Source: Trichoplax adhaerens
Lineage: Eukaryota > Animalia > Placozoa
Direction: 5' to 3'
Assembly (NCBI RefSeq): GCF_000150275.1
Contig: NW_002060947.1
Coordinates: 134,494 to 198,493 of the forward strand
DNA: 64,000 nt
How positions within the stretch are numbered: position 1 is the stretch's first letter; the number at the start of each line of letters is the position of its first letter. Positions 11,590 to 26,500 of this stretch are shown in pieces. A program made the translations under genes and the position numbers. The notes under the pieces are model-generated. The model saw only the letters and a list, made by a program, of their open reading frames with translations. It had not been told where the DNA came from and made no database searches.

Positions 11590-14500
11590 TTAAACTTTCT
11601 AGGATGTGTTTTCAATAATTACTGTTCTTGCAATATTAATATTTTTGAATTATCATATAAGACCGACTCGAATATTATCCATATAAGCTAAGAATGGAAT
11701 TGCTAAGAAATTGCATCATTAGCCATAATCATTGCTAATATCTCCACAACTGTAAATCTACTATTTAGTTTATCCTACTTTGATTATTTGCATTTGTGAT
11801 TTTGCTAAACTTATTTCATTCCTTAGCAAAGATGTATAATGTCCGTTTTAGTGCAGCTTACTCAATATATAAGCATGAATTGGTTAACACTCTTTTAGGT
11901 ACTGTATTTATGTTTCAGTATCCGTGATAATACATTCTTTCTAGATGCAGGAATCAAATGTCAATAAGTCGTTTAAGCTAATCATATTATATTGTAATGT
12001 AAAACAAAAGTGGTAGACTACTATATTACTCTAACTAAATCCAATTATGTTTAAGTTGTGCTCGCATTGTTTATGTTACTATTGATAGATTTCAGGCATG
12101 ATACATTGTTTGTCAATTGGTCTGACCTCACCAACTGAATGAGAATAAATATGGCGCTAGATAATATTTAGAGTCTAGAAAATGCTTGATTCTCGATAGT
12201 AGAATTCTCGTTATGTTCAGTCGCAAAATATTACTGATTTACAATGCAAGTAGTAAACAAGGTGTAGCTCTTATTTCAATATCTTGTGCGTATAATTGTA
12301 AACGTCCTCGAGGATATTTCTTTGTGATTAGTAGTTAGTGTTATTTAAAATGTTTACGATTGACAGCATATAAGTAGTTGTTACAGTACACCTTTCAGCT
12401 TACAATTGTTACGATCATAAGCTGAGTGGTGCCCTATAACTTGACACGAAAATATCAAAGTTAAGGCGTCCAATCAAGAAAAAGTCTTAAATAAATAAAT
12501 TAATGTATTATCACTGCATGGTTACGATTTAATGTACGAACAGACTTAACAGGGATATGTAGAAATAATGCTCTATATATAATACTGCAATCTGAATTCT
12601 GTTCTTTAATAGACTATAAACAATAACTTTTACTATTTTATAAAGACTTTAGTTTTCACTCTGACAGTAGGTGGAGACTATCTTCGCTAGTCCTCGCAGT
12701 AACTTTCAATCCTCAAAGATTGTTTATAGTATCGCGAAATTTGTAAATTTTAGCCAAATGAATATGAATCAATAAAATATACATAGAGGATAAAAAGTCA
12801 CAAAATCGTGCCTTATTCTTACAACAATATGCAACAAATCATTTCGATGTCAATACCAAAAAATTAAATACAGAACAGAGCAAACCAAATTCTAGTATCC
12901 GGTTAGTATAAATCTCAAATTGTTTCCTTGTATGAGTTCAGCTAATTTACCGATAGCATTTAGTTTTTTTCACCTGGTTACAATTGTATATTAAAATTGC
13001 CAATTAATTGACGTGATTTAATTTCAACGTCAGCTTTGGATCAATGTTGCTATCGTTTACATTCAGTTCTAGGTTTTGACCTCGAGGCAATGACTAGCTT
13101 CGATCAGAATATTTCTTTGGTATCACAGCCGAATCCTTTGTTTGAAATTATTTTTCAGAATGGTGTATCGGTGTTGACAACATCTTTGCTTTTCGTATGG
13201 TCTAAGTTACATAAATTTACTAAGCTGATTTGATATTTATTGCAGTATACTTGTATTGAATAGATTTATTTATTTACGCCGGTGAACACTCTTGCCAAAA
13301 CAGCAGAATACGACATACCTACAAATTTGTTGATAAGACTTAGCAATTACTTTGTATTTACAACACAGGTAATCTTAGCTATCATTATTATTTTCCATAA
13401 ACCTTCTATAATTGTACGACCATATATATCATCGTACCTTGAAATTTAGCAGATAAAGTGTTTAACTTAAGCTTTTAATTGTATTATTAATCGCTTCAGG
13501 TAAGCTAACGACTTTCTTTTCGCTTATTAAACAATTTGTATAACATGAAAATGTCATACTACTTCAGAATTATTGTGTACTTCAGCTTTTTAAGATTAAG
13601 ATTTTGTCTAGATTTAGTATTTAGATTTTGATTAATAATCCTAGTCGTTTCACTGTTTCAGTAAATCTTTTAAATGCATTACAAAGTTTACTTTAGAATA
13701 AATATAGTGCAGTAGCTATGTGCGCCCAAGCACTGTAATGTATATTCTATCGCTTTATTCCATCGTAAGATGATTGATCATTTAAAAAATTTTCTAGTGA
13801 AATAGAGCTTTTACGATACTGAGTTCAGGACATTAGGCATACTCTTTCATAGTTTAATAGAATATTAAATTCTTTGATTATTTTCAGACCGCTGTTACTA
13901 GTGTAAGTCGATCGAATTTCTAATTAAATATAAAGTATCATGTAGTGAAGTATCATTCTTGATATATTTCTCGTACTTATGCAACAATTTTCGTACCGTT
14001 TGAAAGCTACATAAGGGCGATAATCTGATTTCAGACTATTCTGTTATACCTTAATATGATCTTTAAATGTCAATATCCATTCCGATAATTTAATGGCTAT
14101 TAATATTGATAATCACTTATAAGACACCTTCAATGTTGCAAGCAGGCTGATATTTAATGGTTGCAATTTAAAATGCTAATCGTTTAATTAAATATCTATC
14201 TGGTACTTCCGTTTATAATGCTAACAGATATCTAGACATCACGTGTGTAAAATTAAAAGTTGTCTTCGTTATAATATTCTATCAATTTATGCCTGGAAAT
14301 TTCATCTTAAGCCATGGCAAATCAATTTTGATCTGTTATGGACTGATAACTGTATAGTATGCAATACATTACAAAATACTTGGCAATTACTGAAATTCCA
14401 CTGACTAGTCGTTACTCACAATGGTCTGGATTGTGTCTAGGCTTGACAACTAATCATCTGAAATAATCAGTATTTTTCTTTCACGAAAATTCATAGCATG

Positions 14501-15338
14501 AATAGTATTATATCCGCCTTTTATCTGTTCTTGACGAGTACTTTCAATATACCCAAGATTTTACCATCAGTTTCTATTCGAATAGACCTTAAGAATGTTA
14601 TGTACGGTAGCTATTTTAGTAGTATAGATTTAGCGGAAAAACTGTACCGTCCAAATATCATTTGTGTACTTGTACTAGAAATCGATCTTCGGTATACCGT
14701 ATTTCCATATACTGAAGTTTTATTATTGTAGTTTTCGAAACAGTCAAATATACTTTCTTTAGGGATGAAGTAGGCCTTATAGATTGAATTATCTTAAATA
14801 TTGCTTAATCACTTCAAATTTATCTTGGTAGCGAGAAGATCCAGATATACTTCTATCATAAGCAAAAAATTTACTGCTTGTTCGCTATCAATATCCATTA
14901 CTTACATTCGTACTTTTAGTACCGATATGTTAGCATGTGTAAGCATACAGTCTGCTAATTTTTCGCCTTATTCTATTTGCAATAAAACATGATCAAAAAA
15001 TTAACTAGAAGTAAATTCCAGGACATTTACTAAATGCGATATTTAGTGTATCTTAAAAATTAATACTTATGACTTCAAAGTAATTTTTATCTATGCGTTG
15101 AATACTTGAAATTTAGGTATTTCACTTATTATAACAGAACAAGGATAATTCAGTATCAATTATTGTCTTGGGAATACTCAGCAACAGCTTTATTTTGACG
15201 AATTTACTGTAATTTTGTTTATTTCCATTCATTCCTCGTAAAGAAATTGGTATCGATCTTTTGGTATTAGCCGTTTCGGTTTTCAATTAAGTGAAAACAT
15301 TGGATAAATTGAGTATACATATTCGTTATTTATTCATC

Positions 15339-17654
15339 ATGTGGCATGATTACAAAAATAATTCTTTCCAAAATAATCAGACTGTTTCTAAATTTTCGTC
15401 TCAACTGCCATTTATTATCATTTCATGCACTGCAGTTACTCTTTCACTTATTAGTAACGGAATTTTAATTAGCATTGCTATCGCCTATCGCAAATATTTA
15501 TCTCCGACTGAAATAATAATTGCCAACCTATCCGTTTCCGACGTCATCTTTTTGATATCCACGTAAGTTTATCAAGTCAATATTTGTTACATATCCGAAT
15601 AGACGAATAATTCATTTATATAAGTGGATAGTTTGAAAAAATATAGTACACGAAATAAGATTATATATTACGAACTTATGTTTTAATAGAGATAATTATT
15701 GCTAAATTATTTGGTGAAATATTTACTGTTATACGTTTATTGGACAGGCACTATATTGATGTTGTTTCTTTTCTTGTAGTAATACGCGTATACTAATAAT
15801 TTATTATTGATAAATTGAAAGATGCAAAAACTGTAGTCAAAAATATCATGACAGCCTTTCAACCGACAATTACTTCAGCTAAGTCTCAATCATAACTGCT
15901 TAGACGATAGCAGTATAAAGCCATTAGCAAAGCCCATTTCAGAATGAATTTGATGGAGTATCATAGTATTTGAAAATTTCAATTAATGTACAGTATATGC
16001 CTGGAGTATTTTACTGGTGTATTGTGCGAATAGCTGTATTTCAGTAAAGATGAAAAGAGATTTAAAATCTTTATTTAATCGTTTCTAAGACTTCAGTTCT
16101 ATAGTCTAGACAGCCTGAGGTATCGTTACGACTTCAAAATAATCACAGTTTGAGCTTAATCTAGGAAATATGGAATAGAAACTAATTTTTGAATAGTTTA
16201 ATGTATAAATTTAATATGTGTAACTATTAAAATCGAACGATAGTATTATAGTCACAATTATCATGCCAAAGATTTATAATTGAATGCTTGACTTCATATA
16301 AACATGTCAGTTAATATACTTTAGCCGTCAATTATATTATTTAGCTAAATAAATGCAGTGAAACATTACGACGACTTTAAAGCTAGGAAAATAAGATCGA
16401 AAGCGTTTCATAGTCTGCAATATGCTATAGAAAATACAAAGATATATGAAGGAAATTATGCAGATGCTGAAATTAATAGACTACAATATCAAACCCAAAT
16501 TTTTGAATGAGATGATTTAAATCATTAATAGGAGTTGTTCCCAGCTTTAACTATTAAAATATTATTCCAAAAACTTCATGCAACAGATATAGTTAAAGTA
16601 GTGAACTTGAGAGATTTGTTAAAGGTAATAAACAGAAGTTTAAAATTAGACTGGGAATTTTCAATATCTAGCATATACTCGTATATTACTTAAGTCTGCC
16701 TTTAGAATTTATTTGAGTGTCATAATAACTGCATGAATCATATACACAACCTGATTTTGTTAATAAAGTAATCTTTGTAAAGTCCTCTTAATCTTTGATC
16801 TCTAATTTTCTCGTAGGGTAATCAATGCGCTACTAGTGATTTTACCAATTCCTAAACCCATTTTTCCAAACAATTCATTGCTTTGTCGGTTAATTTTTGC
16901 GCCTACAATTGTTTGTACGTTTGTTAGTTTTACAACTTTGATCATATTAACTACGACACGATATTATAAGATAACCTACCCGCAAAAAAATCTTCATTGG
17001 TTTTCAACAGCGACCGTTAAAATAGCAATTTCATGCCTATGGTTAGTTGCTACTATTGCGGTAATACCACCAGTGGTTGGTTTTTGGGGAAAATTAGATT
17101 ATTTTCCAAAGACTGGTGTATGCTGGCCAACATTTAATCCCTACCAAACGCCCTCATCCTTAAGTTATATCATCTTATTCGGTGGATTTGGCTATCTGAT
17201 AACGACCATCATTATCACCTATTGTTATACCAAGATTTGTATAACCGCATTTAAAAGTGCAAGTAGAGCACACCGACGATGTTATAACACAATTAGTTTA
17301 TTAATTACTAAAAAACGACGGCGTATTCCTACTAGTGTTATATTACGTCAAAAGGAAAGGAAACTATCTATTACCCTATTTATGATTGTCATAACTTATT
17401 TTATCTCTTATTCCCCATATGTTATAGTACAGACGTTTTATTTATTTCGTCGATGTCCATTACCAATTCAAACTATTTTGACATTGTGCATGATTTCATT
17501 TATAAATGGTATTACTAATCCTATTATATTTATTAGTCGCAGTCAAAAATTTCAGTCCTTCTTATGTCGGCGAACTGGTCGTCGAAATACTATTATACCG
17601 TCAATAAGTCATATGAAGTTGCAGTTAATTAGAAGTCGCACTATGACCTGGTAG
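15339..17654 (+). CDS. Class A GPCR, array paralogue A (melatonin receptor/GPR84/Moody-like), intact, 353 aa
   Basis: Exon 1 15339-15562 (TM1-TM2, NLSVSD), phase-2 intron, exon 2 16817-17654. 7 hydrophobic segments; CR (C3.25), TRYYKI, W..A..PPVVGFWGKLDY...GVC, YCYTKI, KERKLSITLF, SYSPY, NPIIF. Confidence 0.88.
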
Positions 17655-18067
17655 TTGAATATAATAATTTTATACGGTAAGATAGCAAGATTAAAAGTAA
17701 TAAAATTCAATTAAATTAGGTAAACAGAATTTTTAATTAATTCTATGCTGTAGTATAGATACGTAGCATAATTTATTAAATCTTACAAATGCTTAAGAAT
17801 AACGTATCGGTAAATCTTTAGCATTCTTCTTGCAGCATTTTAAAAATAAATTTTCCCACCTATTCGGCTGTATTCTTAATATGCATATTATTACGCAAGC
17901 TAGCAAGTTAATTTGCTACATTTAGTTCGAAAGGCACTTCAATTTCAATATTCCTTGTAGTTATAATATTTTCCATATGAGATATCAGGTCTGTTTAATT
18001 CAGAATAAGTTTACTTTTTGAATTTGACTGATAATTACTATTATTGGTAATTGCTTGAAAATTCACG

Positions 18068-18480
18068 TACCATAAAGTACGGAGCAATAGCCTCTACCCG
18101 AGCAAGCTTCCCTCCCCCTCTAGAAAAATCAGCATCGTGAAATGCTATGGTAACAACTTAAGGTTCAGTATTAATCATTAATCCAATAAATTTAGCACTT
18201 TATGGCATTTTACACTTAGCAATATTTACCGTTACAGTATTTTACACTACGCAATATTGGATCACCTTACAACGCTAAAGTCATTAGATGAATAATATAG
18301 ATTTGAAGATAGACATGAAGACGATCACCTTTCTACCTATGTAGCTGATAGCTTAATTAAATTATTGCCAGGGCGGTAAATAAATACCCAAATTGGAAAG
18401 TATGGAGTATCCACTGCCCCTAAAAATTTTTTCTTCGAAGTCCATAAAAGGAAAAAGTGCTTGATCGGTACTTTATGGTA
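18068..18480. mobile_element. MITE (non-autonomous Tc1/mariner/pogo-type), about 409 bp plus TA target duplication
   Basis: Left end TA|CCATAAAGTACGGAGCAA; reverse complement of the right end TA|CCATAAAGTACCGATCAA (13 perfect bp including TA, 18/20 overall). No ORF inside. Single copy in the window. Confidence 0.65.
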
Positions 18481-21400
18481 TAACTATTGATGTGAATCAA
18501 TGAAAAGTTTGGAAAATGAATTCGAAATTCAAATTCATTTAGAACCGCTAGATTTAATCTGTGGTCAATATTTATGCCTCAGAATCAGTTAATACACTGC
18601 AGAAGCATGTTTAAAGCCTGAATTTAGCTTTAGATTTTTTTAAATAATTATTACTAATGTTTAATTTAAAATTCATCAATAAAAATCAACTGCATGGCAA
18701 TGAAATTTAAACAAAGTATTCACGATTTAGTATGTTTTGTATACGATCATATTACTACTCATTTTCGCCTTGACATTTAAATTCCAATACTAGGTTTTAC
18801 CGGAAAGAGAGAAATCAGCTTCTCTAAAATAGTTAGAACTGTAATTATTTCGCGCTCCTTTTGATTATATCAGCTTTTATTTGACAAGTAAATACAGTAG
18901 AAGAAGTTAAAAGAAGATTTTCATATTGTTTCTACAGTAGATGAGAAATATTCCTAAACTTATAAGTATCACTCAATAGCTATTTATTTGAACTAGTATG
19001 TAGGCTAAACCTTAAGGCTATTTATTGATCGTTCCTACGTGCGTTTATGTTCAGAAATATAATCTTTTTCATAGCTTATAGCGTTAATTGATCCCCTTAT
19101 AACTACTTTAAAAGTTTTATTTAATGTGTATAGGCTTTCATTATCAACTTTTGATGGTGCTCATAAAATTTAAGGAATTATAAAAGCTTTATAAGATCTT
19201 TTTGATTTAGCCAGAAAATACTTAAATGCATAAAAGAAACAATCCCTTGCTTAAAGAAGTGGAATAGTGTACTGCGAAAAAGCTTAGCTAAAATATATGT
19301 TCTATGTGCAGCATTGTTAAGATTTGTTAGAATAGCCACACAGTTATACAATTGAGTTTACGTCAAAACAAAACTTTCTATCTATGCATCTACTTTCATG
19401 ATATCGTTTGCTATTAATACGGATTGTCCGAAAACGTATAAAAGCGTTTAAAACTCTTTATTAGGAAATCAATTATATTTAGTGCGGCCTATTTTGGATT
19501 GCATAATTTGCCTAAAAGTTTTCATTCAAACTTGAATACTTAGAAATTTAGGAGTTATTATCGCTTTCATAACTTTGGTAAGATAGATACGAAGAAGAAA
19601 GGAGTCCAGGGTTGTAATGATTTATTGACGATTAAAATGAGAGAATAAAGAATGCAATAGGCATTATATCAGAAATTTTTTAATAGGATACAGATACTTT
19701 CACAATATACAAAACACATAACCAACACAGTAGAATCGTTCAGCTATAAACAAAATGGATAAGCATACTTTTTTTACAACAACTTAAAAAACGTAGAGAT
19801 AGAAAAGAAAAATAGCTGAAATATTTTGACATTCTTCATTATATTTCTTCTCTAAGGCAGCGTTTGTAATAACTTCAGTGCTATATATATCCTTTTCATT
19901 CACTCTAATTTTTTAAATCTTTTATTTTCATATATCTTATAAGAAAATAACCTATCCGCTAAAAATAGAAAAACGTAAGAATATGCCTGTTGGCAGTTCC
20001 GAAATGCCCAATAGGTTAATGACCATGTGACTTAGTTTCATGGTATTATTTGCATGCTATACTTGGTTAATATTATTCCGATTTCTTATCACGTTACGCA
20101 ATCTTTGATTTATGAGCATATTATTATTGAGGGCAAGCGAGATCAGTTTATATTTTAATGAGACTAGTGTATATTTATAATTTTATTATCTCTCTTTTAG
20201 CTCTCCAATATTTATATATATAATAACTTGATATTAAAAGCCTGAAAACTAGGTCAAATTTAGGCTATTGCTAGTAATTTATTTCCATTGAGGTTCTTTA
20301 ATATCTCGCAAATATTCGAACTAGGTCTCGATCACTTACACAATAAATTGCCTAATTTTTAATATAAATAGTTGATAGAGGGTAGTAGTGCAACATGATG
20401 CAAGCTAAGATTTTACTATTTATTCTACAAAAGGACGTAAAAGTGGCACAAGGTTCCATTATGTAATTGTTATTTGAAATATCAGTTATTCTAATAAATG
20501 GCCGAGAAAACTCCAAACTTTATCTTATGGCTAGCAACTAATTATTTATTTCGAAACGCTATTCACGGAACAGCAATGCATTTGAGATATAGAAATTGCA
20601 TAGTCTCCACTATTTGACGACAAATCGTTGCAATATTCTGAATACTACAAATAAGGCTAATACAGTTTTCATCATAATTATCTGGTTACTAATCTTATAC
20701 TGAATTTAGCAAAACATTGCTTAATTATGTGCAGGCTACTCGTATATTTTAATTTACATTGTTTTCGTGATTAGCTGAAACCCATGAATAATTTCCTACT
20801 AACAGGATCAATTTGAATAGTTGGCATCCATTACATAATACAGATAGCTTATAAATAGAACACGGTAATTAATATGAAATTCTGCTTTCTATTGCAAATT
20901 TTTCCGTATAGAATAATCTGCTATTGAAATAGGAATACATGTAATTATTCATTATTACATAGGTAATAGTTGTATTATCATCGCTTTATAATACAACTTG
21001 GGCCTTTAATTCAGTTTCACTTGGGTAACAAACTTCACGAATACGTGTATTGCCATCAATTTCATTCTAAATCTTACCCTCGTTAAATTTAAATACTCTA
21101 TCAAATTTTATTATATGTAAACTTAATTCAAAGTGATCTTAATTCTAATCTAGTGCAAGGAAAACTAGTTATGACTTTGATCTGAGGATATAAACTCTAA
21201 TTCTGATACTGGAAAAAGTTTAAACTTAAATACTTTCAGTTCTATCTATCTATATCTATTTCAAGAAGAAATTTATTAAGTTGTCCTAAAAAAATTGTAA
21301 CTCTTTATAGCTGAATGCGTGTCAATATGAATAAAAGTAGCTCAGTAATGGATTTATCTCGTACGAACAAGATAATTTTTTTAGTAATATGGGCTTTCTC

Positions 21401-21587
21401 CTTCTTGCTATCATTAATTGAAACTATTATCATTCTTATATTGCTATATCATCGATACAAAAATAAACTATCACCAACAGAAGTTTTTGCTTATCAATTT
21501 GGTATTTGCCGATTTTATATTTGTTGGAAATGGGTAAGTTACACTCCTTTAAGTTATTCATTTTAAAGTATTTCTGAACCACTTAGT

Positions 21588-21838
21588 GGTTTCAAATAAG
21601 GATGAAGTCTTAGCTAAAATTAATAACTTACTGCTACAAAACAGTTATGACTATTTTTAAATTAATAATTGACAATACTATTCAGGTTTCAGATTTTCGT
21701 TATGTAGTTTTAATTACTCAGAGGCTTCAAATAAGGATAAAGTCTTAGCAAAAGCTGATAAATTGTTCCTAAATAACAATTGCGATCATTCTTAATGTAA
21801 TAAACGAGAGCACTATTCCAGTTTCAGATTTTCGTTAA
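21588..21838. repeat. Diverged ~135-bp tandem duplication in the intron of GPCR B
   Basis: TTCAAATAAGGAT.AAGTCTTAGC...TTTCAGATTTTCGTTA occurs twice (about 21588-21703 and 21723-21838). Confidence 0.75.
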
Positions 21839-22742
21839 GGATTTGAACAGGATTGTAGCTCTTAGACTGGTTTAAAACCTATCTGACATTTTAAAATAGT
21901 GAAGTAATAATGACAAGATTTTAATCATCGATAACTTAATACAACCTATGTGAATTGAAGAATTTTTAACTTTAGTGTAGCTACAGTAGTGCAGTTTACT
22001 TCAAAATAGAAAAGCAAATTTGATCAAAACCAAGTAAAATAATGCGAATTATTTTTATCTGGTGAAGAAGCTTATCTTCAATATCTTTAGCACAATATAA
22101 TGCAATAATGCAAATTAAACATTCAGTCACAGGTTAGGGTTGTGATGAGTTCTTCAGAACTAATCATAGGATTTATGCGTTGCAGAGTGTCATTATTCAG
22201 TTACAATATTTAATTTAGCATCGAGATGCTTATGATGTGGAAAAGGTATCGTTGTGGTAGATCGCGATTGTTAAATGAGATTATTACTCAGAGAATGTGT
22301 AATATCTTGAATCGATATTGAATTTCTTGAAGTGCTACGTCGTGGAATTCTTAACCAAGAAATGACTTTGCAATCATTGCGGTATAATATATTTTTGTAT
22401 GAAACTTGGCTTTAATACCCATTATACATGTGATATTATTTGGTATCTCTGACCTAACAATGCTTTCTTAATACCAGTAAGGTATAGATTTTATACGGCT
22501 TGAATCAATTTTAAAATACTTGCTTGATCGGAAATAAATTATAAGTGCTTCACTTTTCAGTTAAGCTTTACCGCAAATGAAAGGTTAACCTTAATTATAT
22601 TTACTGGCTATCTAGCTTAGTGGATACGCAGTAAAAAGGTAGACAGATCGAGATTTAGAGCCGCTATCTAGAAAATTTAGTTCTACTTACCTATTGTTGG
22701 TAACTGTAACACCGATTGGTATATTTGATACAGCTATATGTA

Positions 22743-23184
22743 TGTTACGGTACAAACTACCGTGAAGAAATAGCCATCTAAATTTGGTTAATATAATATA
22801 GTGATAATATGTTACAAATAGTTACTTAAAGTAGGAATTACTCTAATTATAAATGTGTTACAGTAAATTTAATGCTGTGTAGTAATGTGCACTGAAATGA
22901 TTCTGTGAATGGACATGTTGTAATCCGACTGTGAAAAATTAGTTAGTAGAAGTTCTCACCTAAGTATTTTTATAAGATGACTCATGAATGTTAGCTGCTG
23001 TAGAAGGGTATATAAACCCGTCAAATAGCTGAATAAAATAGTTCTCAATTGTCTAATTGAATTTAACGTAGAATCAAAGGCGTCTAAATTCTTGTGAGGT
23101 AGTTAAGGGATACTGAATCCCGGAGACTATAGCAATTTAGAGATTTGTTTTACGTTATCTTTGTCACGAAGCTGGTTTGTGACA
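22743..23184 (+). mobile_element. Solo LTR-like insertion, 442 bp, in the intron of pseudogene B
   Basis: TGTTAC...GTGACA termini; perfect 5-bp TSD ATGTA (22738-22742 / 23185-23189); TATATAAA near 23008 followed by AATAAA near 23032. The last ~200 bp are homologous to 50518-50725 on the opposite strand, and the terminus resembles that of the 62.3-kb element. Confidence 0.8.
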
Positions 23185-23232
23185 ATGTATTAATAAACAC
23201 TAGGAATGTACACGTTTTTGTATTTCATGCAC

Positions 23233-23581
23233 TGATTCAAGAATAGATGGCCGACCAGAATGAGATTATAAATACCAAACTTTATTAAAGAGCTTTTCAA
23301 TGAGTTGAGCATTACATATATAGCGTTTTGCGACTGTATGTATGTTATTAATATATGCCGCGGAAGTACAAGATTTTACACTAGATAGATTGATTTCAGA
23401 ACAGACATCTGGCTAGAATCGAATTATAAATACTAAGCTATTTTAATTGAAGTATATTAATAAATATCACAAAAGAATAGATTTCACACTTTAGAAATTG
23501 ATTGAAGAATAGATGTTCTGCCAGAATCAGGTTATAAATGCTAGATACTTTTAAAGAATATTACGATGAGTGAGGCATTAC
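23233..23581. repeat. Degenerate threefold repeat in the intron of GPCR B
   Basis: TGATT..AGAA.AGA......AGAAT...TTATAAAT.C recurs near 23233, 23391 and 23499. Copies 1 and 3 extend to ATGAGT...GCATTAC. Confidence 0.55.
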
Positions 23582-26500
23582 TTACCCACATACGCCAGTA
23601 TATATCGTTTTGGTTTGCTAAATTAAAAAAGTATGATGTTATGCAAGCGTAATATTGACTTTAACTCTGAAAAAGGCATGATAATCCATGCGTTATTTAA
23701 TTAAGGTTCGATCAAATTACAGTAGCTACAGGCCGCTAGATGGACACCCCTCTCTTTATGTTTATTTTGCATCCAGCTATTTTAATCTTAAGATAATCGA
23801 AATTTATCCTGTATTGACAAGACTATTATAATGAGTTGAAAAACACGTAAAGAAAAGATTTTTGTAAATAAATACAAAATTCGCGTACTAAACGGAGCAA
23901 AGTAATGTTTACTGCAAATTACATATGGTAATGTTTCGTTGGCTAATTTTATATTTCTCACGATATCAAGGGTAATTTCGCACTGTTAAAGTTAGTGCTA
24001 TTAAAGTTGTAGCTCTTCGTAATTTTTAATTAATTTGTTTGCTAAGCCTTTAATAGAGAAAATTTGTTACGAAATCGTTACACAATCAGTGGCAGTAAAT
24101 AGTTGCTTTCGGCAAAAAAGAGATATTTTGCATTGTCTGCATTTTGAGTACTTGCTTAAAATAACGCATCTTTAGTAATTGCTATTCTGTTCAGCTTCGA
24201 AACGCGATCGTTACATTAGGTGTGTCTAGAATGTACGAAAAAATAACAATTTCGCCTAATTCTATAGGAAGCTATAAAGTTATGATAGATTGTTAGTTTT
24301 AAATTGCTGAATAATATAGGAATTATAACACTAATTTTAATTACACTTTGATAAAATCAGAAGAAAAACAGTTTGGTCAATATTATTGTGCAATACTGGT
24401 TCCTACTCTTAAACTTCAGAAGATTGCTATTGCTATTCTTTATATCAATTCAGCAGAGCTTACATTGCTGAGCTACTCCGATTAGTCAGTATTCTGAGAG
24501 AGACACTCGGGTAAGAAAATTCTGACGGGTTGCAAACCTAAATCAGTACGTCGAAAACAATAAGTGTTAACGATTTCTATATTGGTAATATATAAAGTTA
24601 AAGGTAATATATAATGTACAAATTTCGTATAAGCTATTAATAGCTAAGCCATTTAAATCACGTTACTTTGGAAACCTCATCAAATATATCGAAGCTGTGT
24701 GACTATTATACTAGTTCTTCTTTATGATTTTGTAAACTAAAAGTATGAAAATTAATACTTTGATACAATTATTTATTATATTGAGTTGATTTAGAGACGT
24801 ATAGGAATAAGATATACTTTCAAATAGCTTTAAAATTAAAGTCTATTACCTGTAGAATTGCAAGTTTTCGAAATTACTTGTTTTGCACGATATAATGTAA
24901 TTATTACTGTAATTGTTAAATATTGCGTGCCATCTTTATTAAGGTAATTTAACACTAAAGACATGCCTCAACGAGCATTTTATATATTTATAGCATTGTA
25001 AATGGAATAGATCATACTTAATAATAACTAAATAGTAACTCATAAGCTCGCTAAACGTTCATTTTCGTTTAAGATAGTATTGCTTTCATGCTGCTATGAG
25101 TAATTGAAGCCATACCTCGGCCATTATTTACAAGCGATTCTGGATGGTGTCGTCTGTATTATGGTCCTATCCTTATATCTTCTTACAGCTGTGCAATCAT
25201 TCTAGTTGCCTTAGCCATTATTCGCTATCTAAATATAGCCTGTTATCATCAATATTTCTATTATGTAACGCGTAAAAGTATGTTGATAGCGACGTTGGCT
25301 GCATGGATTATTGCCGCATTATGCACTGGTCCTACAATTATTGGTTTTTGGGGTAAATTGGATTATGACAGTCATTACGGGTTATGCTCATCTTCTTATG
25401 GTCAAAAAATGGATACCAATCATTTCACATATAATATAATTATTTTTACTACCTTCTCTTGTATTTTCCATCTTGTCACTAGTTATTGTTATTGTCAAAT
25501 TTATCGATGCTTGCGATTAATTAAATTTAGAAAAAGTTATAATCCAGCTAATGATGTTCGCCATCAAACTTATACAATTGCCATTAATGATAGAGTTTCA
25601 TCGTAACACATTCCTTGGGCACAACGAGAATACAGAATCACCTTGATATTATTTATTATATTTATGGGCTATATTATAACATATGGTCAAACCGCAATTG
25701 TTATTATTTTTCAAGTTGCTGGTATCGTTACGGCAAGTAGTCTTCGATCCTGCATCCTATTCACTGTGATGTGCTCTAATAGTGTTGCCAATCCGTTTAT
25801 ATTATTACTGAGTAGTCGAAATTATCGCAGTATTTTCATAGCAAAATTACATTCTCTTCTACGTTCATATATTTTGTTAACTCGTCGACGAATAGCAGTT
25901 AGAGGTATTACTCCAACATATACACAAATACAAAGAATGAAGCTGTTTACGACCTAAATTTCTGGTAGCAATTACCAGCTATTTCCTTTAAGATAAACAG
26001 CCATTTTAAAATAGCTGATTAAATACGTAACGAAAGCTTATCAGCACAAATACTCTAATTTGGGAATGGAATAACAGCAAAACAGCCCAATATTTCACTA
26101 ACAATGTAACCTGATTGGTGATCATTATTAACCCAAACAAGGAAACATCAAAAATGAAATTCGAGATAAAATATTAATACTCAGAAAACGGTTAATACTT
26201 TCCTTCCTTCAATAACTTAACTATGCTACCGATAGAACGTCTAAGAAGTGCTAACGTTTTGCATATATAGAAATATTTACTACGTGTATCCATCAATAGT
26301 AATACCTAACTTGAGTTATATTAATACGAAAGTTTATCGATTCTATATCAGATATAATTATAGTTTACGAAATATCTCGCGAAAGCTCTTAGTAACAAAT
26401 TGGTGTAGTAGTATTCAATTTACATACTGCTCTGAAAAGAACTGCACTTTGTATAACTCAATTAGCGTTCAAACTTTCTTATAGTAATTATCAGTAATTT

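Larger units (their letters stand above)
21315..25957 (+). pseudogene. Class A GPCR paralogue B, pseudogene
   Basis: Exon 1 (21315/21327-21533) has one extra T in the run at 21484-21488; removing it gives PTEVLLINLVFADFIFV like the paralogues. Exon 2 (25078-25957) has in-frame TGA 25097-25099 and TAA 25604-25606. The TM6 Pro is changed to Gln (TYGQ). Same phase-2 intron position. Confidence 0.88.

Noticed and set aside
21484-21488. Frameshifts in B and G as homopolymer sequencing errors hiding functional genes
   Set aside because: Each gene has independent lesions: B has two in-frame stops; G has a stop plus an LTR insertion.
25097-25099. In-frame TGA codons in B and C as selenocysteine or an alternative genetic code
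   Set aside because: They co-occur with TAA/TAG stops and a frameshift, are not at Cys positions, and the other genes translate with the standard code.
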